Both the position numbers and the translations under genes were made by a program. Source: a virus. Taken from it: DNA of 64,000 nt. Shown piece after piece: positions 27,501 to 35,660 of the stretch (positions within the stretch are counted from its first letter, which is position 1; every line of letters starts with the position of its first letter). The notes beneath the pieces are model-generated. The model ran no database searches. It worked only from the letters and a program-made list of their open reading frames with translations, and had not been told where the DNA came from. Where the stretch lies: IMG/VR virus record IMGVR_UViG_3300009509_000006, positions 1-64,000 of that record; one strand, 5' to 3'.

Positions 27501-27928
27501 AACCCCGTGTCGATCACACGACCGTCGCGCCAGTAGAGCAGAGTGCCCTTGCGAATCGCGAGCATCAGGCCCGCATCCGTCAAGGGCACCTGGGACGCAA
27601 CGAATACCGGCGTGGTCGTGTTGGCCACGGGGTGTCGGGTCAGGTTCACGTAGAGCAGTTCGCCGTTCTGGACGATCGCGGAGCCTGCCGAGATAGTCCA
27701 CAACAGGCCAGTGATCGTCGCATTGAGCAGGATATCCGCGCTCCAGATGAGCTGCCCGGTTGTTGCGTTCCAGGAGACCGTACCGCCCTCCATGAGGACG
27801 AGGTTGCGGTCCTCCCTGCTCGTGTAGATCGCGGCGTCGAACTCGCGGAGCGTGGACTCGATTTCGTCGAACCAGGGGTCCTTGCGGAAATTCGGATAGA
27901 AGATACCGAGTCGGGGGGTCGTAGGCAT
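24533..27928 (-). CDS. Tail fibre/tailspike with Gly-rich shaft and pectin-lyase-like beta-helix
   Basis: 1131 aa; GGxVxIxGGxG repeats; FVTIQGGVDA…VYVYPGLYDE; duplicated GALFVDPADNHLKFR module. Confidence 0.8.
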   Translation of the reverse strand: MPTTPRLGIFYPNFRKDPWFDEIESTLREFDAAIYTSREDRNLVLMEGGTVSWNATTGQLIWSADILLNATITGLLWTISAGSAIVQNGELLYVNLTRHPVANTTTPVFVASQVPLTDAGLMLAIRKGTLLYWRDGRVIDTGFSGSLFTLPSGAEDLATTLAAGNLTGGTDIVLSSGDKITAPEGKDIRLWTLDGSADAGGISIIGGDGLAGEGGGITIRGGEGSSGNIGGDVQITGGTGGDGVYGGGAIVKGGEGGTSSSVGGNALIQGGRGGSPNGDGGDVRLVPGAAVGSGSAGVVKAEGNMEVTGKLTVAGLIDPTGIVFDEGSAPSTGVDQGALFVDPADNHLKFRAESDGTVTDLLSGGGETLAQTLALGNATGGYDILVSSGDRVTAPQGNPLSLAGGLAALLAAGEDISAIASNASPGSNGAGGDVNLTAGSGDGSGADGRVRVSTAMILKEAETSTPITGTTEGALFVDPADNHLKFREESNGTVTDLLAGGGAATSTAMARVDPNSSDAIDNNDLTTAFVTIQGGVDAIANAGGGTVYVYPGLYDETVYIKDSNFLAIVGLSGPTQELSDRCVIRPTAAKPGIIVTQATKASMDAMLAASASWSQYAANWGTLVADTAWPASVELANLSVDGGTGHVSLLVAGVSANSTLLSEGLELNSCYLEYGCYARTAVIIRMDDIKSDYINNIYNVGELQMMDGWVYSCRQEYSASFAQPSGGMKGFSAAFLTFRGNLAFYGSQSAGPHPGNTGGFFNNVHILGFLQIIGPSSVIYIQDSYAEGNCSVPSGCQLHARQFVVGGYLYFNSGSGACSVKGGGGLADSLLNPDPSSRVTDFVRVSDEWFKYKAVKANPVTSDWLLLHDSADSDKLKAVTLGNMPGGGFEYDSGANEVQSLSGIVTAAADFVFGSTSLDDIGTDGDSRMLFDKSKYAFRAGYVQGTEWDDANRAFGSACFGFNCTTGVLGIYGVAHGQRVVADQQGMYAHSGDLLSGVAPGGSQYCRLTVMQTTTDATPTELWMNDLSSSNVAININHTWALKILIVARQTGGTAGTVGDSAGYEISAVVKNIGGTVSYVGTPTVTPIAEDDAAWTVALGTAAPANITILATGAVDKTIHWFGTLFISRIS

Positions 27929-27937
27929 TCCTGCCTC

Positions 27938-28357
27938 CTAAAAGGACAAGCGGGTCACGCCTGGAACGAGGCGGAAGGTGCTGGGGCGCACGACGGGGTA
28001 GCGCTTGCCGTTGTACGGTCCCGAAGTGAACTTCACCCAGATATCGAAGAAGTAGTCGCCGAGGTCCATCGTGTGCGTGTCCGCGGGCGTCAGATAGAAC
28101 TCTGCCACGCCACCGAGGTCATTCGTGATCTGGGCTTGCGTGGGCTCCGTCGAGACCTTCTGGATCAGCGGCTCGCGATCCTCGAGGGCCTTCTTGATGG
28201 TCATGTAGACCACGCCGCCCGTGAGCGGGAAGGGGATCCGCTTTTTGACGCCAGTGGGATCCGGTTGCGTCACGGACAACCGAATCGTCTTGCTCTCGCC
28301 CTGGATCACTTCGAGAGCGTTCTTCGGCAGAAGCAACGACGCTTGACTCAGGCTCAT
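27938..28357 (-). CDS. Ig-like virion/baseplate protein (BppU N-terminal-like)
   Basis: LEVIQGESKTI…LTPADT…GDYFFDIWV. Confidence 0.65.
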   Translation of the reverse strand: MSLSQASLLLPKNALEVIQGESKTIRLSVTQPDPTGVKKRIPFPLTGGVVYMTIKKALEDREPLIQKVSTEPTQAQITNDLGGVAEFYLTPADTHTMDLGDYFFDIWVKFTSGPYNGKRYPVVRPSTFRLVPGVTRLSF

Positions 28358-28806
28358 GCGCAGATCCTCACCATGCCTTCGATCTCTTCGACAAGGGAGA
28401 CTTCACCGACGATCTGCACCTCGGTGACTTCGCCCGAGATAGCATCGCTTGTGCTGAGCTCTCCTGCAACATCCACGACCTCGAGGTGCCCGGTGATCTC
28501 CTCCTCGGTCACATCTTCGAGGAATACCTCCAGCTGGCACACCCCCACCACAACCTGTGGCGCTGCACCACCGCTCTCGTCCAGGTAGAGGAGCTCGACC
28601 GTGTCGCCCACCCGAGGCGGCGGACTGTCGTCGACCTCTACCTCGCCCGTGTTCGGGTCAATCTCAGTCAGGCAGTCTTTCGGAAGGAGCTGGCCGTTCA
28701 GAAAATACCGGACGGTGCCCGCCCCGTATGGCGCGGTCGGGGTGTAGAATGTCGTGTTCGCCCCATCAACCACACCGATAGCCGGCTCAACCCGCTGGAA
28801 TCCCAT
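28354..28806 (-). CDS. Virion protein with GxxDGxNxxF…LNGQ domain
   Basis: GVVDGANTTFYT…VRYFLNGQ…PPRVGDTV; paralog of 28873-29103. Confidence 0.75.
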   Translation of the reverse strand: MGFQRVEPAIGVVDGANTTFYTPTAPYGAGTVRYFLNGQLLPKDCLTEIDPNTGEVEVDDSPPPRVGDTVELLYLDESGGAAPQVVVGVCQLEVFLEDVTEEEITGHLEVVDVAGELSTSDAISGEVTEVQIVGEVSLVEEIEGMVRICA

Positions 28807-28827
28807 GCCCCCTCCCGTGCCCCTCCC

Positions 28828-28855
28828 AGTCTACTCAGTCCACGATGTAACGCAA
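28828..28855 (-). promoter_or_regulatory. Candidate internal promoter
   Basis: TTGCGT-16 nt-TAGACT in an intergenic gap. Confidence 0.35.
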
Positions 28856-28872
28856 TCCCCGTTCACAGGGAA

Positions 28873-29103
28873 TCACAGGGGGTAGTACATGATCAGAACG
28901 TGATCGCCCGTTCGAGGGGGCACTTTGAAACGGATCTTGGAATAACCGATTTCATCGAAGCCATCGGTGTCGCTCGCGGGCTTGTGCTGGCCGTTCAGCC
29001 ACACCCGGACGGTCCCGGCGACGTAGGGCGCCTTCGTCTTGAAGATCACCCGCACGCCGTTCGGGATGTCAACAGCATCTTCGTAGATCGCAACAGGCAT
29101 CAT
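28873..29103 (-). CDS. Small virion protein (NGVRVIF…VRVWLNGQ…PPRTGD)
   Basis: Paralogous motif to the 28354-28806 gene; coupled to patatin. Confidence 0.75.
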   Translation of the reverse strand: MMPVAIYEDAVDIPNGVRVIFKTKAPYVAGTVRVWLNGQHKPASDTDGFDEIGYSKIRFKVPPRTGDHVLIMYYPL

Positions 29104-29966
29104 CCCGCCATTGCGGCGTCGGCCTTGCCCCGCTCGATCATGCGCCGGATCTTCTCGGGGTCGAAGTCCAGGGACGAGCAGCCGAGCCCTGTCCTGGGCC
29201 GAACGACCCGAATCGGAATGTGGCGCCGGCCAGGCCCACCGCGACCGTCCGCAATCCGTTCGTTGTGCCGCACAGCCAGCTTCAGGTCGTTCTCGACGAT
29301 CTCGTTCGTCATGATGCTGAGCGTTCGCTGAGCGATGTCGATCGCATCCGGGTCCTTGAGTGGGCTCCAGGTTGCCGGATAGGTCTGGGTCATTATGACA
29401 TCGACCTCGGTGGCGCCGGCGTCTATCGCAGCCTTCAGAGGGGTCACTGTCCGGATCCCGCCGTCCGAGTAGAGCTCGCCGTCGATCCGGATGGGAAGCA
29501 GGAACACCGGGTAGCTCGCGCTCGCCAGGACCGCACTGACGAGGTCTTCGGTGGTCTCGTCGAACAGCGTGTACTCGCCGGAGTCGAGAGACACAGCGCC
29601 CATTCGCAGGACCTTCCCGCTCTGAAGCACCTTGTCACGATCAACGTGGGCTGCAATGAGTTCTCGGAGCGGAGCGCTGTTGTACAGGGCGGGCTGCCAC
29701 AGCCCGTGGATCATGCCGAGCGGGAACCATCGCTTGTAGACGTCTGGAGTCGAGACCCCGGTCCATATGTCGTGGAGTTCGCTCCAGGCTTTCTTCTCGT
29801 CGCCCTTCTTGTGCTGCACGAGTTTGAGCGCGTTGATGGCACCAATACTCGTCCCCGCATTGATCTCGTAGTGGCGCTCCTCGTCATGGAGCCAGCGATG
29901 CAGCACGCCGACTTGGTAGGCACCCTTCGCACCGCCACCCGACTGCACAAGTGCTCGGATCGTCAT
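29100..29966 (-). CDS. Patatin-like phospholipase
   Basis: SGGGAKG oxyanion motif, GTSIG nucleophile, ASASYP, DGG; start ATG 29966 overlaps the upstream TGA. Confidence 0.93.
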   Translation of the reverse strand: MTIRALVQSGGGAKGAYQVGVLHRWLHDEERHYEINAGTSIGAINALKLVQHKKGDEKKAWSELHDIWTGVSTPDVYKRWFPLGMIHGLWQPALYNSAPLRELIAAHVDRDKVLQSGKVLRMGAVSLDSGEYTLFDETTEDLVSAVLASASYPVFLLPIRIDGELYSDGGIRTVTPLKAAIDAGATEVDVIMTQTYPATWSPLKDPDAIDIAQRTLSIMTNEIVENDLKLAVRHNERIADGRGGPGRRHIPIRVVRPRTGLGCSSLDFDPEKIRRMIERGKADAAMAG

Positions 29967-32005
29967 GTCTCGTTCGCGCTCAGAGTTGTGGAAGTGCCGT
30001 CGTCCTGGAGGCTTCCAGAGGTGTTCCCGAGAAGATTGCAAGCTGCCACGATGCAGTTGGCGGATCCGGAGGCTACGAGTACACCGTACCCACTATTGCT
30101 CATGCAGCGATTCCCATTGACTACCACGTTGTCATTCCCTCGTGTGTCGATTCCATCACCCATGTTGCCGGACACAACGTTTCCGTGAACAGACGTATCC
30201 GGTCCGGCTGCAATACCATCACCACTGTTCCCAGATACTCTGTTCGACCCGATGACACATCCACTGTCGCCCTGGGCACCTATTCCGACGCCGCTGTTGT
30301 CAAAGATTCGGTTCCCAATGATCGCCCCATTGTCCCCCGCCTTGATCCCGCTCCCGTTGGCGCCAATTACGTTGTTCGAAACAATGTTCTCCGCGCCATC
30401 GAAATCCAAGCCGGCCTGCTCGTTCCCTGTGATCGTACAGCTGTCGATGACAGCACTTCCCGTCGTTCCAGCTGTGCTGATCCCCTTCCCGACATTGGAA
30501 CACGACAGCGAATCCGTGATGTTCACGTGCGTCGTAGTGCCCAGGAGGCGGATTCCGTTTCCGCCGTTCGCCATAGCGTTCGTTGTGTCAATGATGACAT
30601 CTTCGCAGTCTGTGATCTCGAGACCGTGCCCATTCGAGTTCACGAAGCTGCACGACGTCAGCTGCATGACATGCGAGGACTCAATGTGGACAGCGTCGGA
30701 CAGGGAATCCTTGACGATCAAGCCCAGCAGGAAGCACTCACCGGAATGGGAGGCGTGAACAGCCGGGGCGGTAGCTGTCCCGCACGCAACACACAGGGCA
30801 GTCTGAACAACAACGTTCATGCACTGCTGCAGGATGATGGCGCTTGAGTCCGATCCGTAGCCGATGACGACAAGATTCTGAAGCAGGGCACCCTGCACCA
30901 TACTTTGTGCACGAAAGGACAGACCCGAGACCGTCTTCCCTCGATACGTCCTTGCGAGAGTGAGGTGCGTGTCGTCTGTTACCGTGTCGATCTCGTGCCA
31001 TATGTGGTCGATCCGGATCCAGTCTCCATCCTGAACCGACGTGAAGCTCGTGCCCGTTCCCGTAACGGCAGCCGTGCCCGACGTGATAGCAATCGTTCCC
31101 GTTTCCGTCGATCTCGACGTGTCGCCCACAAAGATCTTGTTGCTCGCTCCAGCGAGGACGATCCGGGCCTTCCCTGGGGCCTCCCCTAGGATGCCCCCAT
31201 CCTCCGGGACGTTGATGTCGCTCGTTTCGACGTAGGTCCCGTTCCTGACGAAGACCATCTTGGCGCCGCTACCGAACGCTTCCGCGATGCTCGTGAAATC
31301 CCCGTCCCCACCGGAATCAACAACAGCGTCATAGGTTCGCGGGCCAATGTCCGCGTCGGAAATGAGACCGGCGAATTGCGCCAGAGTTGCCGACGTATGG
31401 TCTCCAGAGCTGGCAATGCTGTGCAGGCGCGTGTGGTGCTGGTTCGGCTGCACGTTCGACAGGCTCGCATGGTTGATGTCGCTGCTCTGGAGCATCGTCG
31501 CGTCGACCATACCCTCGGAGTCCAGAACGATCGGCTTGCCTGCGTCAGGTGCTCCAGTGGAGGACGAGATGTGCTCGGATTGCGGGTAGTACCGAGCGTC
31601 TCCTCGCGTATCGTTGTGGTATTGGGAATGGTCGTCGTCTCCGAGGCCTGTGAGGTCGCCGTGGTCTCCACTGAGCGAGGGGTCTGCTGCTGTCAGGAAA
31701 GCCCGGACATCTGTGATGCTCGTGATCGTCCCGTTTGAAGCGAAGACCTTCGCGAGGCGAACGTGCATGACGCCGGAGGGCCATCCTGTTATCGAGACCT
31801 GGAGCGTCGCGGAAGCGTCGACGTAGACGTAGTTGGTCTCGTCGTCTGTGACAGAGACCCCGAGAGCACCATCGAAGCTCCCCTTGTTCCCAGCCAGGTC
31901 GTACTGGAACCTCGAGACGTCGATCTGCAAGTCGTTGCTCTGCTCTACCAGCCCGTCGCGGAACGTGGTCTCGATCTGAAGCGATCCTACGACTGTGTTC
32001 GGCAT
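29963..32005 (-). CDS. Tailspike with right-handed parallel beta-helix (possible depolymerase)
   Basis: Start ATG 32005 (GAGG RBS); GDGDFTSIAEA…VFVRNGTYVE; many IxGNxxxxNxGxGI coils; His motifs HGDLTGLGDDDH. Confidence 0.85.
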   Translation of the reverse strand: MPNTVVGSLQIETTFRDGLVEQSNDLQIDVSRFQYDLAGNKGSFDGALGVSVTDDETNYVYVDASATLQVSITGWPSGVMHVRLAKVFASNGTITSITDVRAFLTAADPSLSGDHGDLTGLGDDDHSQYHNDTRGDARYYPQSEHISSSTGAPDAGKPIVLDSEGMVDATMLQSSDINHASLSNVQPNQHHTRLHSIASSGDHTSATLAQFAGLISDADIGPRTYDAVVDSGGDGDFTSIAEAFGSGAKMVFVRNGTYVETSDINVPEDGGILGEAPGKARIVLAGASNKIFVGDTSRSTETGTIAITSGTAAVTGTGTSFTSVQDGDWIRIDHIWHEIDTVTDDTHLTLARTYRGKTVSGLSFRAQSMVQGALLQNLVVIGYGSDSSAIILQQCMNVVVQTALCVACGTATAPAVHASHSGECFLLGLIVKDSLSDAVHIESSHVMQLTSCSFVNSNGHGLEITDCEDVIIDTTNAMANGGNGIRLLGTTTHVNITDSLSCSNVGKGISTAGTTGSAVIDSCTITGNEQAGLDFDGAENIVSNNVIGANGSGIKAGDNGAIIGNRIFDNSGVGIGAQGDSGCVIGSNRVSGNSGDGIAAGPDTSVHGNVVSGNMGDGIDTRGNDNVVVNGNRCMSNSGYGVLVASGSANCIVAACNLLGNTSGSLQDDGTSTTLSANET

Positions 32006-32007
32006 GG

Positions 32008-32637
32008 CTATTCTTCCTCTTCGTAAGCCCAGATACTGGCCTGGAAGTACAACAGATTGGCGTTGTCCAGATCGTCGCGGATCCGGATTCGGATCCAATC
32101 CGAAGTTGCGTCGTCCAATCCCACGCGCCCGCCGAAGGACAAGCCAAAGGCAATCGCATCGTTCGTCCCACGGTCGAAAAAGGTCTCCGATGTCCGAAGG
32201 AGAAAGAAGTCCTCGTTACGCTGTACGCTCCCCAACTCTGTTTCTACCCCTTGCGCCTTTACGGTGATCTGCACGCCGTTTGCGAGCGATGCGATCGCCC
32301 CGAAGTTGTCTACACCAAACTCGATGTTCCGGCTCACGAAGACGATGCGCAGCTCGCTAAGAAGCACGCTTTGGTCCGTTTCGGGAGCATACAGGAAGTC
32401 GACCGGGGTAACGCTCCCATCGACGAGCATGTCAGGGCTGCCACCCGTTTCCGTGAGGAGCGCGTTTATGATCTGCGCTGGGTTTGCAGGAAGAGCATTG
32501 ACCGTGACATCGAGCGTCTCTCCTTCCTTGAAGCTCGTTTCGACCTGGAGCCTGTAGATAGCGTCGTCGAGGACCAAGCCAACTGGGTTCCCGGAGGGAT
32601 CCCGCAGAACCACGCTCCCTTCGACCAGACGGAACAT
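32008..32637 (-). CDS. Hypothetical virion protein
   Basis: MLVDGSVTPVDFLY…FGAIASLANGV…IRDDL; TGATG coupling. Confidence 0.75.
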   Translation of the reverse strand: MFRLVEGSVVLRDPSGNPVGLVLDDAIYRLQVETSFKEGETLDVTVNALPANPAQIINALLTETGGSPDMLVDGSVTPVDFLYAPETDQSVLLSELRIVFVSRNIEFGVDNFGAIASLANGVQITVKAQGVETELGSVQRNEDFFLLRTSETFFDRGTNDAIAFGLSFGGRVGLDDATSDWIRIRIRDDLDNANLLYFQASIWAYEEEE

Positions 32638-33089
32638 CAGCTCTCAACCGTGGCAAGTGACGTCACGAGCCCACCCGTTCTCGTGATGTCGTGTGTCAGC
32701 GTCTGCACCAGCACTCCAGTGCCGTCGTACTGCTTCTCGACTACTTGCGAGACCTGGCCGCCACTGCGTGTGATCAGCGTCTCTCTGACCTTCGTTGTCT
32801 TTCCCACATCTGTCCAGACCGTGATATTCGAAATCTGGCCCGCGGACCTCGTCACCTCTGTGTAGGTCGATTCGGCGAGTTGATGCACCAGGGAATCGAC
32901 GAGCTCGTGCTTGGCTGGAGTGAAGCTCGGATCGAAAGCTCCTTCGCCGTCCACCATCTCGAAGCGGTCGGGGCTCCCGGACACGTACCGAATGATCCCG
33001 TCGCCTTCACCAGGGTCACCGTCGGAGTACATCTGGATGTGGTCGTGCTCCTGGATTGGGCCCGGGAGCCTATCCGGCGTTCTGCCCAT
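32637..33089 (-). CDS. Hypothetical virion protein
   Basis: MGRTPDRLPGP…; TRxxGQV beta repeats. Confidence 0.75.
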   Translation of the reverse strand: MGRTPDRLPGPIQEHDHIQMYSDGDPGEGDGIIRYVSGSPDRFEMVDGEGAFDPSFTPAKHELVDSLVHQLAESTYTEVTRSAGQISNITVWTDVGKTTKVRETLITRSGGQVSQVVEKQYDGTGVLVQTLTHDITRTGGLVTSLATVES

Positions 33090-33624
33090 CGCTCGCTTCT
33101 GCCTCTTCCTCGGCTATCCGCCTCTGCTTGATCGTCGGGCCGGGATGCACCCCCGTTGGGGCGCGCCCCTCGCCGACGTACATGGGATCCCCGTCTTCCA
33201 TGACGATTTCGCCTTGCTCCAGGGCCGCGCGGAGAGCTGCCAGGCGAGCGATCTCGGCCTGATGCTGCTTCTCCAACTCGTCGACGATACGAGCCAGGGT
33301 CTGAGCGCTCCCCATGGCCACGGCGCGCTTGTGCTCCGCCGAATCTTTGAGCGAGGCAACGCACCCCCACGCTCTGTTCAGGAACGTCTTCGCGAATTTC
33401 GCCGCTGCGATCTGCTGCTCCCCGTCCAGTCCCCCCAACTCTGTGTCCCGTTCTTCTTCGAGCACAGCGTGCAAGTCCTGGATGCGCTCCAGGGCCGTTT
33501 TGAAGCCCGCGACTTGGCCGTCTAGCCGCAGGAGTTGCCCCTCCACCTGGAGCTTCTGCTCATCGTACCTCTTCCCGGATTCTCTGAGCATCGCAAGCTT
33601 GATCTCGGTCTTCGCAGGATTCAC
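33070..33624 (-). CDS. Coiled-coil hypothetical protein
   Basis: AGGAG RBS; heptad pattern. Confidence 0.75.
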   Translation of the reverse strand: MNPAKTEIKLAMLRESGKRYDEQKLQVEGQLLRLDGQVAGFKTALERIQDLHAVLEEERDTELGGLDGEQQIAAAKFAKTFLNRAWGCVASLKDSAEHKRAVAMGSAQTLARIVDELEKQHQAEIARLAALRAALEQGEIVMEDGDPMYVGEGRAPTGVHPGPTIKQRRIAEEEAEASDGQNAG

Positions 33625-33649
33625 GTTCGTCTCCTATTGGGAAAGGGCA

Positions 33650-35572
33650 CTACGCACTCGTGCCCCAGATGATCATCGTGATCACGTCGTTGATTCGAAC
33701 AACCATCTCGAATTTCAGGTCTCCGTTCGCTGGGGTGTCGCCTGGGTAGACATCGTGATTTGCCGCGGCGTCGGCACCACAGCGCTGGAGTTGACCGTTC
33801 AGGAAGATGTCCACGTCGTCGACGAAGGTCACGCCCGAGTAGTCACCGAGCTGCGCGTCGATATTTGGGGAGCCCCCGGCACCGGTCACATTGGTGTCCG
33901 CTGGGATCACGGCCGCCGTTACCACAGCCACGCTCTTGTGCCGGTTCTCCTTGAAGGATGCCTGGTAGATGGCATCCATCAGCGAGACCTCGCCGAACGC
34001 CGTCTTGTAGTTCGTCCAGCTGGCGGCGTCCTCGGAGAGCTTGACGCCGTTCGTGTCCGTCCACCCGGACTGGTTCCCGTCGTCGAAGTAGAGCTCCCTC
34101 GCGCCATTGAGGTGCAAGTCGTTCGCGCCAGTGGTCTCGATGTGCCCGGCAGTCACTCCGATGTCGATCTCCACCCCACCGGTGTCGACCTTGATCTCGT
34201 TGGCGAAGTCCGTCGTCACGGCATCGATGTCGAACACGTCGACGTCGTTCTCTACGGCGACCGTGCTCGTACCGCCTGCGGAGCCCTCCGTGATGACAAA
34301 CAGGTCCGCCTCGGCGTTATCCCGGATCTTCCAGAAGATGCCCGCGGACTCGAGGTCCAGCGTCGCGTTCGTGGTCAGGTCGACCGGCGTCGTGCCCTGC
34401 TGATCGTAGGCAGTCTGCCTGCTGACCGTCGTGGCTCCGGCAAGGTCCACGAAGATCCCGGTCAGGAACGCCTGCTCTGGAATGTTGTCGAGGCTCGTCC
34501 GCTGCACGTAGGCATAGTTGATCGACTTCCCGCCAATGTCGGCGCCGTCTGCCGGGATCAGGTCGTCTCCCGTGCTGTTGAGCTTCACGAACGAGATCTG
34601 CACCTGGTGGTCCGAGTCGTTGAACGTGTCGCCGTCGACGACACCGCTCTCGGCCTGCAAGAGGCCCCAGATGTCTCGGCCGTCCGAGCCCTCGATCGTC
34701 TCGCGAGTGCTGCCGTCCACGATCAGAACGAGGTTCTTGGGGCGGATAGCGTTCGCCCCCGAGACCTCGGTGAGCGCGAAGCTTCCGACATCGCCGGAGA
34801 GCGTTGCGACAACAGCTCCCTCTGCATTCCCGGCATTGACCGCAGCCGTTTCGGTTGGCACCTCCGAGCTCGCCGCGCTCAAGACAACAACGTCGCCGGC
34901 ACCACCGGACAACGTCGCACCGCCCCACGACAATCGCACACCGGACGTGCTCTCCGTCGTTGCGATCGTGTTCCCGTTCGTACCCTCGACCTTCGCCGTC
35001 GCATTCATGGTGTCGCCGGCCCCAGCAGAAGCCGACACCGTAGGATGCAATGTGGTACTCAAGGCATAGACAGTTCCCGCACCGGGGCCGAGGTTGATAG
35101 CCGCAATCAGGTTGTCGATCGTATTCGAAGCCGAAACACCGTCGATCAGCACGTACCCATCGACATCCGTCAACGAGGTGACGAAAGTGTACGTCTTCGT
35201 GTCGATCGTGACCGTGTCTCCGTTGTTCGGTTGTGAAAGGAACGTCAGCACCCCGGTTGCCGCGACTCCCGCTGGAACCGAAACATCGGTCAGAAGCTGC
35301 GTGCGGAACAGGAAGCGCTTCTCCTCGATGTCGTCGAGGTCGAAGTTCAGGTCGTAGAGACCCCTCTTCTTGGTGTTGACGGTAGGGACGTCATCGTACC
35401 AGTTGAGAGACCCGTCCGCGCGCAAGACCCTGTTGATCTGCGACCGGAGCGCATCCGCGTCGTCATTGCCCGAAGCCGCGTTGGTCTCCAGGGTAGAGCC
35501 CGCAGCCAGATTGTCCAAGTAGACCCTGGCGTTCCGGATCTGGGTGTCCTGGTTCAAGAGCGATCTGGACAT
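33650..35572 (-). CDS. Virion structural/fibre protein
   Basis: GGAGG RBS before ATG 35572; Gly/Thr/Asp-rich; GDTVTI…NLIAAIN insert; C-terminal DIFLNGQLQ. Confidence 0.8.
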   Translation of the reverse strand: MSRSLLNQDTQIRNARVYLDNLAAGSTLETNAASGNDDADALRSQINRVLRADGSLNWYDDVPTVNTKKRGLYDLNFDLDDIEEKRFLFRTQLLTDVSVPAGVAATGVLTFLSQPNNGDTVTIDTKTYTFVTSLTDVDGYVLIDGVSASNTIDNLIAAINLGPGAGTVYALSTTLHPTVSASAGAGDTMNATAKVEGTNGNTIATTESTSGVRLSWGGATLSGGAGDVVVLSAASSEVPTETAAVNAGNAEGAVVATLSGDVGSFALTEVSGANAIRPKNLVLIVDGSTRETIEGSDGRDIWGLLQAESGVVDGDTFNDSDHQVQISFVKLNSTGDDLIPADGADIGGKSINYAYVQRTSLDNIPEQAFLTGIFVDLAGATTVSRQTAYDQQGTTPVDLTTNATLDLESAGIFWKIRDNAEADLFVITEGSAGGTSTVAVENDVDVFDIDAVTTDFANEIKVDTGGVEIDIGVTAGHIETTGANDLHLNGARELYFDDGNQSGWTDTNGVKLSEDAASWTNYKTAFGEVSLMDAIYQASFKENRHKSVAVVTAAVIPADTNVTGAGGSPNIDAQLGDYSGVTFVDDVDIFLNGQLQRCGADAAANHDVYPGDTPANGDLKFEMVVRINDVITMIIWGTSA

Positions 35573-35660
35573 GCAAGCCTCCGCATCGAGGGTCGTCTCC
35601 TTCGCCAATAGTAGCAGGCGACACCCTTCTTCGTCATGCCCACATTCCGAGCAGTCGAGT

